64,000 bases of DNA from a virus (Duplodnaviria; Caudoviricetes): positions 1 through 64,000 of the IMG/VR virus record IMGVR_UViG_3300028591_000075. One strand, written 5' to 3'. A program made the position numbers and the translations under genes. Each line of letters begins with the position of its first letter. The stretch's first letter is position 1. The notes beneath the pieces are model-generated. The model did not search any database. It was given only the letters and a program-made list of their open reading frames with translations, and had not been told where the DNA came from. Shown piece by piece: positions 35,749 through 44,502 of this stretch.

Positions 35749-38673
35749 CTAAACGAATGCGCGAACCTTCTTGGTTTCGTCGTATTCGAGTTCCTTCGGC
35801 CACCCGACAGCCTCGAAAAGACGGCCAAGTATCTGGGCGACAGAGACATGCCACTGTTCTTCCCAGTCAGCATGGAACAGTTGCAGGAGGCGTTCCGGGC
35901 ACTTCTCACCGCTATAACAGATGATTGAGACACCGTAGCGGTCATCAGCCTTCTTGATGAACTTCATCTTGTCACCGGCATAGATAGGCTCGTACGGCTC
36001 CTGGGCAAGAACGGGGTCATTCTCAATCAGGTAGTTCCACACGGAAGCGGCCCTGCGGCGCCAGTCGATATCCTTGATTTCGGATCGTGGCATCGTTATC
36101 ATCTTCAAGTACGGCAGGGGTTCTTCCTTCATACCGGAAGGACATGCGATGTATGAGTAGTTACCGGCATTGACGGCCTCGAAGAATTCCTTCTTCATGA
36201 CAAGCAGCCTACGACGCACCTCATCCCTATCCATGGTTTTCAGCATCAGCTTCACCATGTCGAGCATACGCTCCCTACTGAACAAGGTGGTAGAACTACG
36301 GACAATTTCAAGGCCAGTAATGGCAAAATGCGGTTCCAGTTCAAGGGTACCCGGCACCCACTTACCGTCCTCGTCCTTATGGCCAAGGTCGAGGTACACG
36401 ATATCTTCGTTGGATTCGGCTTCGCAGATGTACTTCTTTTTAGCGGTAACGATTGCCTTGTAAATACATTTTTCGCGTTTCAGGAACAGTTCGTTAGTGA
36501 GGAAGTTCCATTTCTTCGCATAGGCAAGCATGAACTCATCCAGCTTCTCTTCAAGCATGGCAGCGTCCATGATACGGCAGAAGTCCGTAAGGCGGAAACG
36601 GTTGTAGATGACACGGTAGCGCTTGCCCATGACGATGCCGTCATGGAACATAATCTGCACCTTCGTCAGGCCAGTCTTCTTGTCAACGGAACGGTTCTCC
36701 GGGTCATGCCACACATCATGCAGGTACTGGTTGCAAGCCGCATTGAAAATCTTCTTGGCTTCGAGAATGTGGTCGTTGTCGAAGCCCTGCCGGAAGATTT
36801 CCTTATGTTCATCGAAAACGATGACTTCCACACCGGTACCGGCCTTGGCACCGAATTCCTTGAAGATATCACCAATCTTGCAGTAGAAGGAGTCGGTATC
36901 GCCATGGGACATGCGACGGTAGAGCACCTGGCCATCCTCGTCCTTGGTAGTACCAAGGAACGACGGGTCAATCGTCGGCTTGTATCCGAACGCATCATAG
37001 AATCGCTTGTCATTGACAAGTTCCTCGTTGAGGTACTTAGCAAGTTCAGCAATAGTAAACTTAATGAGCCGCTGACCGTAACCAGTAATGGATGCAGCGT
37101 TATCGACATCATAGAACGGGAAGAAGTTAGAACCGAGAAGACCATACAGGGAGTTGCCGAGGACCTTATAGACCTTCTGCATCATGTCGTATATGTCCTT
37201 CATTTCCATGTCGCCGGCCTTTTCAGCGGCTTTCTTCTTGTTCTTCAACTTGGCACGGCCATCGAACAGCTTCCTGGTCACCTGCGGGACGATGCCTTCC
37301 TTGTCACGACGGAAGTACACCTTGTACTGACCGTTGTGGGTCCACGGGCTCTCGATGAGAAGGTCCCTCTCTTCCGGGGTAAGAACGTAGTCGATTGGCT
37401 TGATGACCTTCGTCTCTGGAGAGGTATTGAAAGTCATCATGATAGACGGGTACAGGGAACGGTAGTCATAGGAGACCAGGAACTCGTAGTAGCCGGGGAT
37501 CGAGTACACGAATGCACCCGGATATTCTTCCTTGTTCTTGGCCTGCATCGGAGGGAACACGAGATGCTGCTCGTGAAGCATGTTCATCACGAACCCGACC
37601 AGCATCTTCTTGGATTCAAACACGGAGGAGAACGGCACGCGGGCTTCCGAAGCAGCCATGACGGCAAGCTGGAACATGCGCACCTTCAATTCAATCTTTT
37701 TCAGCAGCCTAACGTCCTGGAAGTTATACAGGATGAACTCATCCCAGTAGTTCTTCCATGACTTGTAGCCATCGGGCAACGGGGCCTTGTGTTCGCCGAC
37801 AACGAGGCCGCCAATGTAGTCGAGTTTGTAGGACGGTTCTTCCGAGAACGTGTACTTGCGGTAGAGGGCAAGGAAGTCGATAACTTCCGTACCGGCAATC
37901 TGCAGGTTGCCCTCGCGGTCGAAGTAGGCCTTCTGGAACTGGCCGGGAAGTCTGGACATGAGCTTCAAGTCCACCTTCAACTTGGCGGCACGGTTCACCA
38001 TGTAGGTGGTATCGTAGGAGAAGTTCCAACCCGACAGGATATCGACCTGGTTCTTGCCAATTTCGGAGAACAGCTTTTCAAGGAGTTCCTTCTCGGTGTA
38101 GCAGAGAACATACTTGCCGTTCTCCTTCGCCATCTCTTCCTTGACATAATCGGAAACATCTCGTCCAAGACCGTATGTAACGTAGTTGTCGGTCTTCGAG
38201 AAATAAATAGTAACGCAGTTAATCGGGTACTCGGCACGGTGAGCCGCAGGGAAGCGACCCACCGTCTCCACTTCAATATCGAGGAAGCACAGGTTAATCT
38301 TCTTCATGTCCGGTTTCAACATACCGGACTTTGAGTAATGCTTCTGTAAGAAACGCGCCCTGGGGTCAATATCAATTTCGGAAAGGTGGTTGTTCGGACC
38401 CATGGTACGCTTGCGTATGTCCTGTTCCACCTTGGACTTACAAGTAACGGAGTACATCTCCCTGCCGTAGATGTCCTTCATGCCGCAGGGTATCGAATTG
38501 TACTCGCCTCGGTTAGGCGTATAGAATGTGTTGGTAATAACCTTGGTCTCCAACTTTCCGGTATCGTACCATAGGAAAAGTTGGTCAGTTTCCCGGTCAT
38601 GGTAAATCGCGGTCCACATCGGGTGGACTTCTTGGGAATCTACGACCTTGTTGTCTTCTAACGCTAATGCCAT
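35749..38673 (-). CDS. Family B DNA polymerase (T4 gp43-like)
   Basis: ExoI DIEVE, ExoII SGWNFSYD, ExoIII YNFQDV; motif A DYRSLYPS, motif B KVLGNSLYG, motif C HGDTDS; KKKY, GLEIVRS. Confidence 0.95.
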   Translation of the reverse strand: MALALEDNKVVDSQEVHPMWTAIYHDRETDQLFLWYDTGKLETKVITNTFYTPNRGEYNSIPCGMKDIYGREMYSVTCKSKVEQDIRKRTMGPNNHLSEIDIDPRARFLQKHYSKSGMLKPDMKKINLCFLDIEVETVGRFPAAHRAEYPINCVTIYFSKTDNYVTYGLGRDVSDYVKEEMAKENGKYVLCYTEKELLEKLFSEIGKNQVDILSGWNFSYDTTYMVNRAAKLKVDLKLMSRLPGQFQKAYFDREGNLQIAGTEVIDFLALYRKYTFSEEPSYKLDYIGGLVVGEHKAPLPDGYKSWKNYWDEFILYNFQDVRLLKKIELKVRMFQLAVMAASEARVPFSSVFESKKMLVGFVMNMLHEQHLVFPPMQAKNKEEYPGAFVYSIPGYYEFLVSYDYRSLYPSIMMTFNTSPETKVIKPIDYVLTPEERDLLIESPWTHNGQYKVYFRRDKEGIVPQVTRKLFDGRAKLKNKKKAAEKAGDMEMKDIYDMMQKVYKVLGNSLYGLLGSNFFPFYDVDNAASITGYGQRLIKFTIAELAKYLNEELVNDKRFYDAFGYKPTIDPSFLGTTKDEDGQVLYRRMSHGDTDSFYCKIGDIFKEFGAKAGTGVEVIVFDEHKEIFRQGFDNDHILEAKKIFNAACNQYLHDVWHDPENRSVDKKTGLTKVQIMFHDGIVMGKRYRVIYNRFRLTDFCRIMDAAMLEEKLDEFMLAYAKKWNFLTNELFLKREKCIYKAIVTAKKKYICEAESNEDIVYLDLGHKDEDGKWVPGTLELEPHFAITGLEIVRSSTTLFSRERMLDMVKLMLKTMDRDEVRRRLLVMKKEFFEAVNAGNYSYIACPSGMKEEPLPYLKMITMPRSEIKDIDWRRRAASVWNYLIENDPVLAQEPYEPIYAGDKMKFIKKADDRYGVSIICYSGEKCPERLLQLFHADWEEQWHVSVAQILGRLFEAVGWPKELEYDETKKVRAFV

Positions 38674-38682
38674 TTCGTTTGG

Positions 38683-38696
38683 AAATATAGCAAAAA
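38683..38696 (-). promoter_or_regulatory. TTTTTGCTATATTT promoter element for the polymerase
   Basis: TATATT ends 10 nt before ATG 38673; overlaps the upstream terminator. Confidence 0.6.
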
Positions 38697-38720
38697 ATCC
38701 ACCCAGTGGGTGGATTTTTT
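38692..38720. terminator. Intrinsic terminator
   Basis: AAAAAATCCACCC-agt-GGGTGGATTTTTT. Confidence 0.8.
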
Positions 38721-38741
38721 ACAAATTTATTACGGCTTTGC

Positions 38742-39524
38742 TTAGGCCTGACCATTACCAGCGAATGCGTCGTCGATGTCAGCCTGCTGCTTGGCGATGC
38801 ACTTCTTGATGCATTCCTCAACCGGCACGCCGGCATGGAAGTCGTCGGCGACTTCACCGATATCGAAGGTGTTATGTTCACCCGGTCCGAATTTCTTTGC
38901 CATAGCATCGCTCACTGCCTTGATGTAAGCCTGGGCACCACCATCGATTGCTTCAAACTGCGCCTTGAATACCTTGGCTGCCTCAGCAAGAACGGTATCG
39001 GCAGCCTGGCGGGAAGCTTCATCAACTACGAGGCTTTCAATGAAAGCCTTGAACTTCTTCTGCTTCTTGGCCACTTCGGCGAAGTGCTTTTCCTTCTCGG
39101 CGCCGGAACGGTTGGATTCAGCGGCGGACTTGGCCTTGCTGTCGAAGTTCTTGACCTCGGGTGCCGGTTTGGCCTTGTCGCCATCAGATTCCTGCTTGGC
39201 TTCGACCACCTGGTCCTTCTTCTTGGTCATTTCGACGTTCTTGACTTCCGTCACCTTGCCGTCTTCCTTCTTTTCCTCGACAGTATCGTTCTTGGTGATG
39301 GGCTTGGCAGATCCGGTGTTGACGGTCTTGGCCTTGTTCACCTTCTTGCTGTCGCTGGTCCACTTGTTGAAGTCGACCTTTACGTCATCGAAGACAGCCA
39401 TCGATTCAACAATGGGCTTACCCCCATGACGAACCGCGGTGTACTGGCTTTCATTGACGGGTTCCTGGGAAATGCGTTCGATTTCCTTCATGATTTCCAA
39501 ATCTTGGTCAATAGAGTATCCCAT
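38742..39524 (-). CDS. Hypothetical late protein with internal leader-like segment
   Basis: Late box at 39559; VNES, IVES and KKQKKFKAFIES...AQFEA, similar to the shared leader. Confidence 0.7.
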   Translation of the reverse strand: MGYSIDQDLEIMKEIERISQEPVNESQYTAVRHGGKPIVESMAVFDDVKVDFNKWTSDSKKVNKAKTVNTGSAKPITKNDTVEEKKEDGKVTEVKNVEMTKKKDQVVEAKQESDGDKAKPAPEVKNFDSKAKSAAESNRSGAEKEKHFAEVAKKQKKFKAFIESLVVDEASRQAADTVLAEAAKVFKAQFEAIDGGAQAYIKAVSDAMAKKFGPGEHNTFDIGEVADDFHAGVPVEECIKKCIAKQQADIDDAFAGNGQA

Positions 39525-39657
39525 GTTAAATCCTCTGGAGATTTTTTCTTATGCTGGAAGTTTATAGTGTAGGACAAAAAATAAATTTGCTCAATTTACC
39601 ACAAAAAGTCCAAATTACACTATAAATCTATATCTGACAGTAAAAAGGCATTTAATC

Positions 39658-40272
39658 ATGGAACTCAATGTCCCCTCATCCGGCGAAGTAAGCCACGAAT
39701 CCCCCGCAGTTGTACAGCTTCACGAAGATACCAAGGTACCTGTCAGTGAAATCAAGGCCAAGCTCCACAACAAGGTCATGGAACTCAACCAGCAGCGTCT
39801 CGCCAAGCCGTCCGAAGTCCCGTTCGGTCACACGACCGATGACATGAGGGACCAGAGCTACAGTGAGGTCGAGGACGAACTTCTCCACCCGGAAGAACAG
39901 CAGGAAACCCAGGACGACCAGTTCAAGGATTTCTTCGGCGACACCTATCCGGGTGCAGAAGCCTTCAATGCCCCTGCTGAGGAAAACGGATTTGACAACG
40001 GCATGGACAGTGGCTTCGGTGGTGGCAGTGACTTCGGTGGTGGCATCGACAACAACGCCATGGGGTTCAGCGATACCGACATGGACACGCTCAATGCTAC
40101 CGCGGACAACGCATTTGATGACTTCACCGGAGAAGACGGCACGGAAACCGCCGGCGACGTGAACAATATCTCCGCAGAAGAACCGGGCGCCACCGAAGAA
40201 GTGGCTACCGATACCGCAACCGATGCCGCTACGGAAGCCCCGGCGGAAGAACCCGTACCGGCGGAAGCATAA
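39658..40272 (+). CDS. Acidic hypothetical protein
   Basis: 204-aa ORF; TATAAATC variant box at 39621. Confidence 0.7.
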   Translation: MELNVPSSGEVSHESPAVVQLHEDTKVPVSEIKAKLHNKVMELNQQRLAKPSEVPFGHTTDDMRDQSYSEVEDELLHPEEQQETQDDQFKDFFGDTYPGAEAFNAPAEENGFDNGMDSGFGGGSDFGGGIDNNAMGFSDTDMDTLNATADNAFDDFTGEDGTETAGDVNNISAEEPGATEEVATDTATDAATEAPAEEPVPAEA

Positions 40273-40275
40273 AAA

Positions 40276-40346
40276 ATAAGCGTTGCAAAAACAACGCTTA
40301 TCGGCATTTTTCGACCATAACCGTTGCATTTGCAACGGTTATTTTT
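40276..40346. terminator. Twin hairpins between convergent genes
   Basis: ATAAGCGTTG-caaaaa-CAACGCTTAT and ATAACCGTTGCA-tt-TGCAACGGTTAT. Confidence 0.7.
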
Positions 40347-40348
40347 GT

Positions 40349-41479
40349 TTAGTTCCCGAGGTAATAGACCTTCCTGGCAAACAACTGGTTGCTGAAACAC
40401 AGCATCAGCTTTCCATCCGGGCCAGTCTTCAACAGGAGCGACTTGCAGTTGGAATTGCGGATCATCATGGTAATGACATCCATTGGCAAGGTGATTTCCC
40501 TGTCCAGGTCAAGCATATGCACTTCCGCCATTGTCACCGTGGCGCCATACCGGCCATCCACATTGAATTCGATGGAGGCATGGGCCTCGTCCACCGGTGT
40601 AATCTTGACATTGGCAACAGGGTTCTTGTAGTTCACGCGGAAGATAGTGTCGATGGTCGCAATCATTGCAGCAGTGTCGAACTTCATGTAATCGGTAAAC
40701 CCTTCGGAAGACATGGCAGGGAACTCGGCTTTCTTGAAGGAATAGTCGATGCGCATGACCTCACCGGCAATGCGGATACGCTTGTTGGTATAGTCGATGT
40801 TGAGAGTGCAGTCCTGGGATATTTCAAGCATCGGTATGATACGGAAGATATCGCATGGAATTCTAAATGCAAAGTCCGGGAGGTTCTTGTCCACACCCAG
40901 GCCATTGGGTGTTTCAAGGGAGGCGACTATGGTCGCAAGTACAACGCGGTCATTTCCTGAACGATAGGACAGCAACCCTTCGTGACGATGAATTTCCATC
41001 CATTCGAAATCAAACGAGCTGTCAGTCACGATTGAGAAAGAACCCTGCTCAATCTTGATTGTTTCATCGATATGGTCGCCGAGATCCTTGTATTCAAAAG
41101 GTTCAACCGGTTCACAGAAGCATTCAAGCTCGAAACCCTCGATTTCTTCATTGAACGACGATGCCACATAGAGCCGACCACTGTCAACCCACAGAGTGAC
41201 ATTGTTCTCCTGGGACACTTCCCTACACAGCACACAGAAGTCGCGCAGGTTGACCCAGGCATCGCAGTCAAGCAGCTCGGACTTCAAGGTGGAGTCCGAG
41301 TTCACGTAGACACCGTGTTCGGTCTGGACATGGAGGATAACGATACCATCGGCATCCTTGTCGGTCCACACATGCGCACGCATGTTGTCATCCCTGGACG
41401 ATGAGTAGAGGAACGAAATTGCCGAACGGAACCTAGTTGCCGTATTGAACATTACGAGAGATGGAGTTTTTTCAGACAT
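40349..41479 (-). CDS. Putative divergent DNA polymerase III beta-clamp (DnaN)-like protein
   Basis: 376 aa, with three apparent repeats of a beta-alpha-beta pattern; PVEPF and KAEFP linkers where DnaN has EEFP/GxFP; ITLPMDVITMMI resembles DnaN domain III. Pattern-level only. Confidence 0.5.
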   Translation of the reverse strand: MSEKTPSLVMFNTATRFRSAISFLYSSSRDDNMRAHVWTDKDADGIVILHVQTEHGVYVNSDSTLKSELLDCDAWVNLRDFCVLCREVSQENNVTLWVDSGRLYVASSFNEEIEGFELECFCEPVEPFEYKDLGDHIDETIKIEQGSFSIVTDSSFDFEWMEIHRHEGLLSYRSGNDRVVLATIVASLETPNGLGVDKNLPDFAFRIPCDIFRIIPMLEISQDCTLNIDYTNKRIRIAGEVMRIDYSFKKAEFPAMSSEGFTDYMKFDTAAMIATIDTIFRVNYKNPVANVKITPVDEAHASIEFNVDGRYGATVTMAEVHMLDLDREITLPMDVITMMIRNSNCKSLLLKTGPDGKLMLCFSNQLFARKVYYLGN

Positions 41480-41578
41480 TACTTAACCTCATTCCGAAAA
41501 CTACATGGTATTGCCCATCCAAGGGGTTGCTAAGGATGTTGGAACGATATATAGTGGTCGTGACGCTACCTAGAGTAC

Positions 41579-41607
41579 AATATAGGACTTATTCATTGGC
41601 ATGTCAA
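41579..41607 (-). promoter_or_regulatory. Sigma70-type promoter
   Basis: TTGACA-17 bp-TATATT about 100 nt upstream of ATG 41479. Confidence 0.75.
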
Positions 41608-41656
41608 GGCATTTTTTCATGGAACAACACTTTGGGTGGTCATAGCCAACTACATC

Positions 41657-41681
41657 AAAAAGGCGCCCCGGAGGGCGCCTT
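41657..41681 (-). terminator. Intrinsic terminator
   Basis: AAAAAGGCGCCC-cgga-GGGCGCCTT. Confidence 0.75.
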
Positions 41682-41702
41682 GTATCTAGGAGGAAATATC
41701 GA

Positions 41703-43214
41703 TTAGATGTTTTCGAGCGCGGCTAGGTCGAAGTCCACGTTGTCGTTTCCTTCGTCACCTACGCCTTCCTTCATCTCGGTTCCAGGTTCACCAAACATGT
41801 CGTCAGCCATGGACATCATGTCACCGGTTCCACCGAGGCCGCCCTGCGGATCACCAATCTGGGCATTCGGAGACCAACCGACACCGACACCAGTCTGGTC
41901 ATCACCAGGCAACTGCATTGCGGCAGTCTGGGCATCCACGTCATTGATGGCCGTTCCATCGGCATTGTAGACTTCCGGGAACCATGTGCCGAGACGCTGG
42001 TCAAATGTCTTCGGGTCGATACCGTCTTCAAGGGCCTTGGCCATCTTAACAAGTCCGTCCTCGGAGAGAGGTTGAGAGCCAAGGGCCGCATACTTCTTGA
42101 ATTTGAGGAGCGTCGGAACAGCAACCTCGCGTGGCTGTGCGGTAGTGCCGGCCCAACCGTTGAAAATTTCATCGGCATCAGGCTGAACACCCGAGCTGTC
42201 ATCCTTCAATTCCTTGACGTAAGCATCGGCAATAATCTTGTTGAGCGTATCAACAGCCTTCTGGGAAAGACCGTTGTTACCCGGATCCGTCGGACCAGGA
42301 TCGCAGAACGCCGTAAATTCCTTGGTCTTGGGAGCACCTTCGGCAGTTCCAGCCGGATTGGCGTTCACGTCGCCAGCATCCTGCATCGGAGGAGGATTGC
42401 CCTCGGCGGGCTGTTCAGTTTGCTCGCCATCTTCGGCGGGTGCGGCGAAATCTTCGGCCCCGAAGTCACCTTCGCCTTCGAGAACAGCCTTGTTGCACAG
42501 GCCGAGAAGCGCTTGCAGCTGCCAGTCAACGGATTCATTCTTGACCAGGGCGCTCGGACCCATTTCGGCCACGTTCAGGTTGTCGAAATTCACGTCGTTG
42601 AAATTGTCGTTTCCGATGAATCCAGTCGCGGCACCGACACCGCTGGTCATCTGGTCAAAGTCGGATGCCGTGTCACCATTCTGCACCAAATCCATCGCCA
42701 TGCGCTTGATAACCAAGTCAAGACGACCCTTCAACTCATCGGAATCGGCGGGGAAGTTGCGCTGTGTGGTATTTCCGGTATTTTCGTCATCGAGGATGAT
42801 GGTGACTTCGCCCTCATCATTCGGGGCCATCATCTGCATACGGATGTCGTGGCCAAGGCACTGAATCTTACCGGACGTGACTTGCTGGCTCATGACTGGC
42901 AAATCCAGCTTGAACGTCACGTTGTTGGCCTCGTTCAATGCGCGGAGCCTGGATTCGGTCATTACCTTGATGCCGAGATCCTTCAAGTTCAAGTAGTTCT
43001 TGTTCAGGGTAAGCGGGTTGTTGTCGTACTTGCGATGGTCCCACTTGGCCTTGGTCTGGTCACCGACCGGCTTCGGGGTACCCTTGGTAATGGTATCGAT
43101 TAGTTCCTTTTTGGCCGGAACGACCGGACCACTCTGGGTCTTGACATAGCCCAGCTTTCCCAACTTTTCCAGGAGTTCCTGACGAGATATAGTAATCGGC
43201 ACGGTTGACCTCAA
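41703..43214 (-). CDS. Acidic hypothetical late protein
   Basis: 503-aa ORF; late box at 43234-43241; MTES, LNEA, KNES and VLEG sites. Confidence 0.7.
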   Translation of the reverse strand: MRSTVPITISRQELLEKLGKLGYVKTQSGPVVPAKKELIDTITKGTPKPVGDQTKAKWDHRKYDNNPLTLNKNYLNLKDLGIKVMTESRLRALNEANNVTFKLDLPVMSQQVTSGKIQCLGHDIRMQMMAPNDEGEVTIILDDENTGNTTQRNFPADSDELKGRLDLVIKRMAMDLVQNGDTASDFDQMTSGVGAATGFIGNDNFNDVNFDNLNVAEMGPSALVKNESVDWQLQALLGLCNKAVLEGEGDFGAEDFAAPAEDGEQTEQPAEGNPPPMQDAGDVNANPAGTAEGAPKTKEFTAFCDPGPTDPGNNGLSQKAVDTLNKIIADAYVKELKDDSSGVQPDADEIFNGWAGTTAQPREVAVPTLLKFKKYAALGSQPLSEDGLVKMAKALEDGIDPKTFDQRLGTWFPEVYNADGTAINDVDAQTAAMQLPGDDQTGVGVGWSPNAQIGDPQGGLGGTGDMMSMADDMFGEPGTEMKEGVGDEGNDNVDFDLAALENI

Positions 43215-43254
43215 TAAAAACTTCTTTGGGAGAAGTTTATAAGGTCAGCCGCAA

Positions 43255-43632
43255 CTATTCACGCTCCCGCACCAGCCGTTCGAGCCATTCTACATCACCG
43301 GCGTCAGCCGTATGGTAGCTCGTAGTGTAGGTATAAAACAGATTGCCTACTTTGCTAGAGCGTGTTCTGACAGTCACTAGCATGTATTTATTCGGCGTGT
43401 CATAATGAGAGAATACCTTGACGGATATAAATTCATCATCCACCCAGCAAGTGTCATCATGATCCCACACAGGCATGTACAAAACAGCATCCTTGACTGT
43501 ATCAATATCAGTCTTGATATGTTCAGACCTCAACGGACGACCCATCTTGTTGCACTTGCTGAAATAATCAATTACCCTGTCCTTGAACATCGGGTCAATA
43601 GCAGGCCATTTCGAAGTTTGTTTCATTTTCAT
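43255..43632 (-). CDS. Hypothetical protein
   Basis: 125-aa ORF with AGGAG RBS. Confidence 0.65.
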   Translation of the reverse strand: MKMKQTSKWPAIDPMFKDRVIDYFSKCNKMGRPLRSEHIKTDIDTVKDAVLYMPVWDHDDTCWVDDEFISVKVFSHYDTPNKYMLVTVRTRSSKVGNLFYTYTTSYHTADAGDVEWLERLVRERE

Positions 43633-43638
43633 GTCTCC

Positions 43639-44502
43639 TTAATCAACAAGCTCTTCCGCATTTTCCTCGGCACCGGAACATTCCACGATCATCGCGTAGA
43701 TGCCGATGGGATACATCTGGTCATTGCCCTGCAAGTTGGCGAACGCCTTCAATGCGATGGAATCGTAGTCGGCAGCGACATAGCGGATTTCCATGTCATA
43801 TTCCTCGCAGCCGAGGCCTTTCAGGATTGTAAAGATGCTGGTGGGTATTTTACGGTAACGCTGCTTGGAATCCTTGCCGTATGCGGTGGCGATTGCCTTG
43901 CTGTCGCCCGGAAGGGTCATGGTGTAATCAACCTTGCTGGTAATCTGCTGACCGACACGGCCCTTGAAGTAGAACTTGACTTCACCCTTGTCGGTGACAT
44001 TCACGCTAAAGAACTGACAGCCGGGAACGAGTTTCAGCTTCTGGACATACTTTTCCAAGTCCTTCTTGTTCAGCTTGATGGTGGCCAGGAGGCTCATCGG
44101 GTCGGCTTCACGGGAACTCGGCACCTTGGTATCGTCCTCGTTAAAGAAGGAAGGCTCGGCAGTGAGACTACGGGCCGTTTCGGTACCGTTGCCGAACCTG
44201 ATAAATTCGTACACATGGCCGGCAATCGTTTCTTCGTTATCGACAACGATTGTACCGGTTTCGGGATATCCGATAAGTTCAGCAAATCGGATAAATTCGA
44301 TGAAGGAAGAGGAGTTGACTTCCAGGCCGTCGAACGAAAAGTCGGCGGGGCCCGCACTGATATGGATGAAGCTGTTCTCGTTATGGATGTTCAGGCATGA
44401 CTTATCGCCGTCATGGAAGAACTTGACAGTCTTTGCCTTAGTCACCATGCAGACCTGCTTGATGACATTGAAGAACGGCCTACTGAACCTTATTTCTTGC
44501 AT
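43639..44502 (-). CDS. Sliding clamp (T4 gp45-like)
   Basis: IRFSRPFFNVIKQVCMV N-terminus and FIEFIRFAELI resemble gp45 (LSKDTTALLKNFATI...LNGFLGILSLV); two-domain size; replication operon. Confidence 0.6.
   Translation of the reverse strand: MQEIRFSRPFFNVIKQVCMVTKAKTVKFFHDGDKSCLNIHNENSFIHISAGPADFSFDGLEVNSSSFIEFIRFAELIGYPETGTIVVDNEETIAGHVYEFIRFGNGTETARSLTAEPSFFNEDDTKVPSSREADPMSLLATIKLNKKDLEKYVQKLKLVPGCQFFSVNVTDKGEVKFYFKGRVGQQITSKVDYTMTLPGDSKAIATAYGKDSKQRYRKIPTSIFTILKGLGCEEYDMEIRYVAADYDSIALKAFANLQGNDQMYPIGIYAMIVECSGAEENAEELVD

Noticed and set aside
35749-38673. Inteins or introns in polymerase, NrdD, terminase or helicase
   Set aside because: No C/S...HN splice motifs, no homing endonuclease motifs and no frame interruptions.
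41480-41700. tRNA or known ncRNA in the largest intergenic gap
   Set aside because: No cloverleaf or T-loop signature; the gap is explained by a terminator, promoter and leader.
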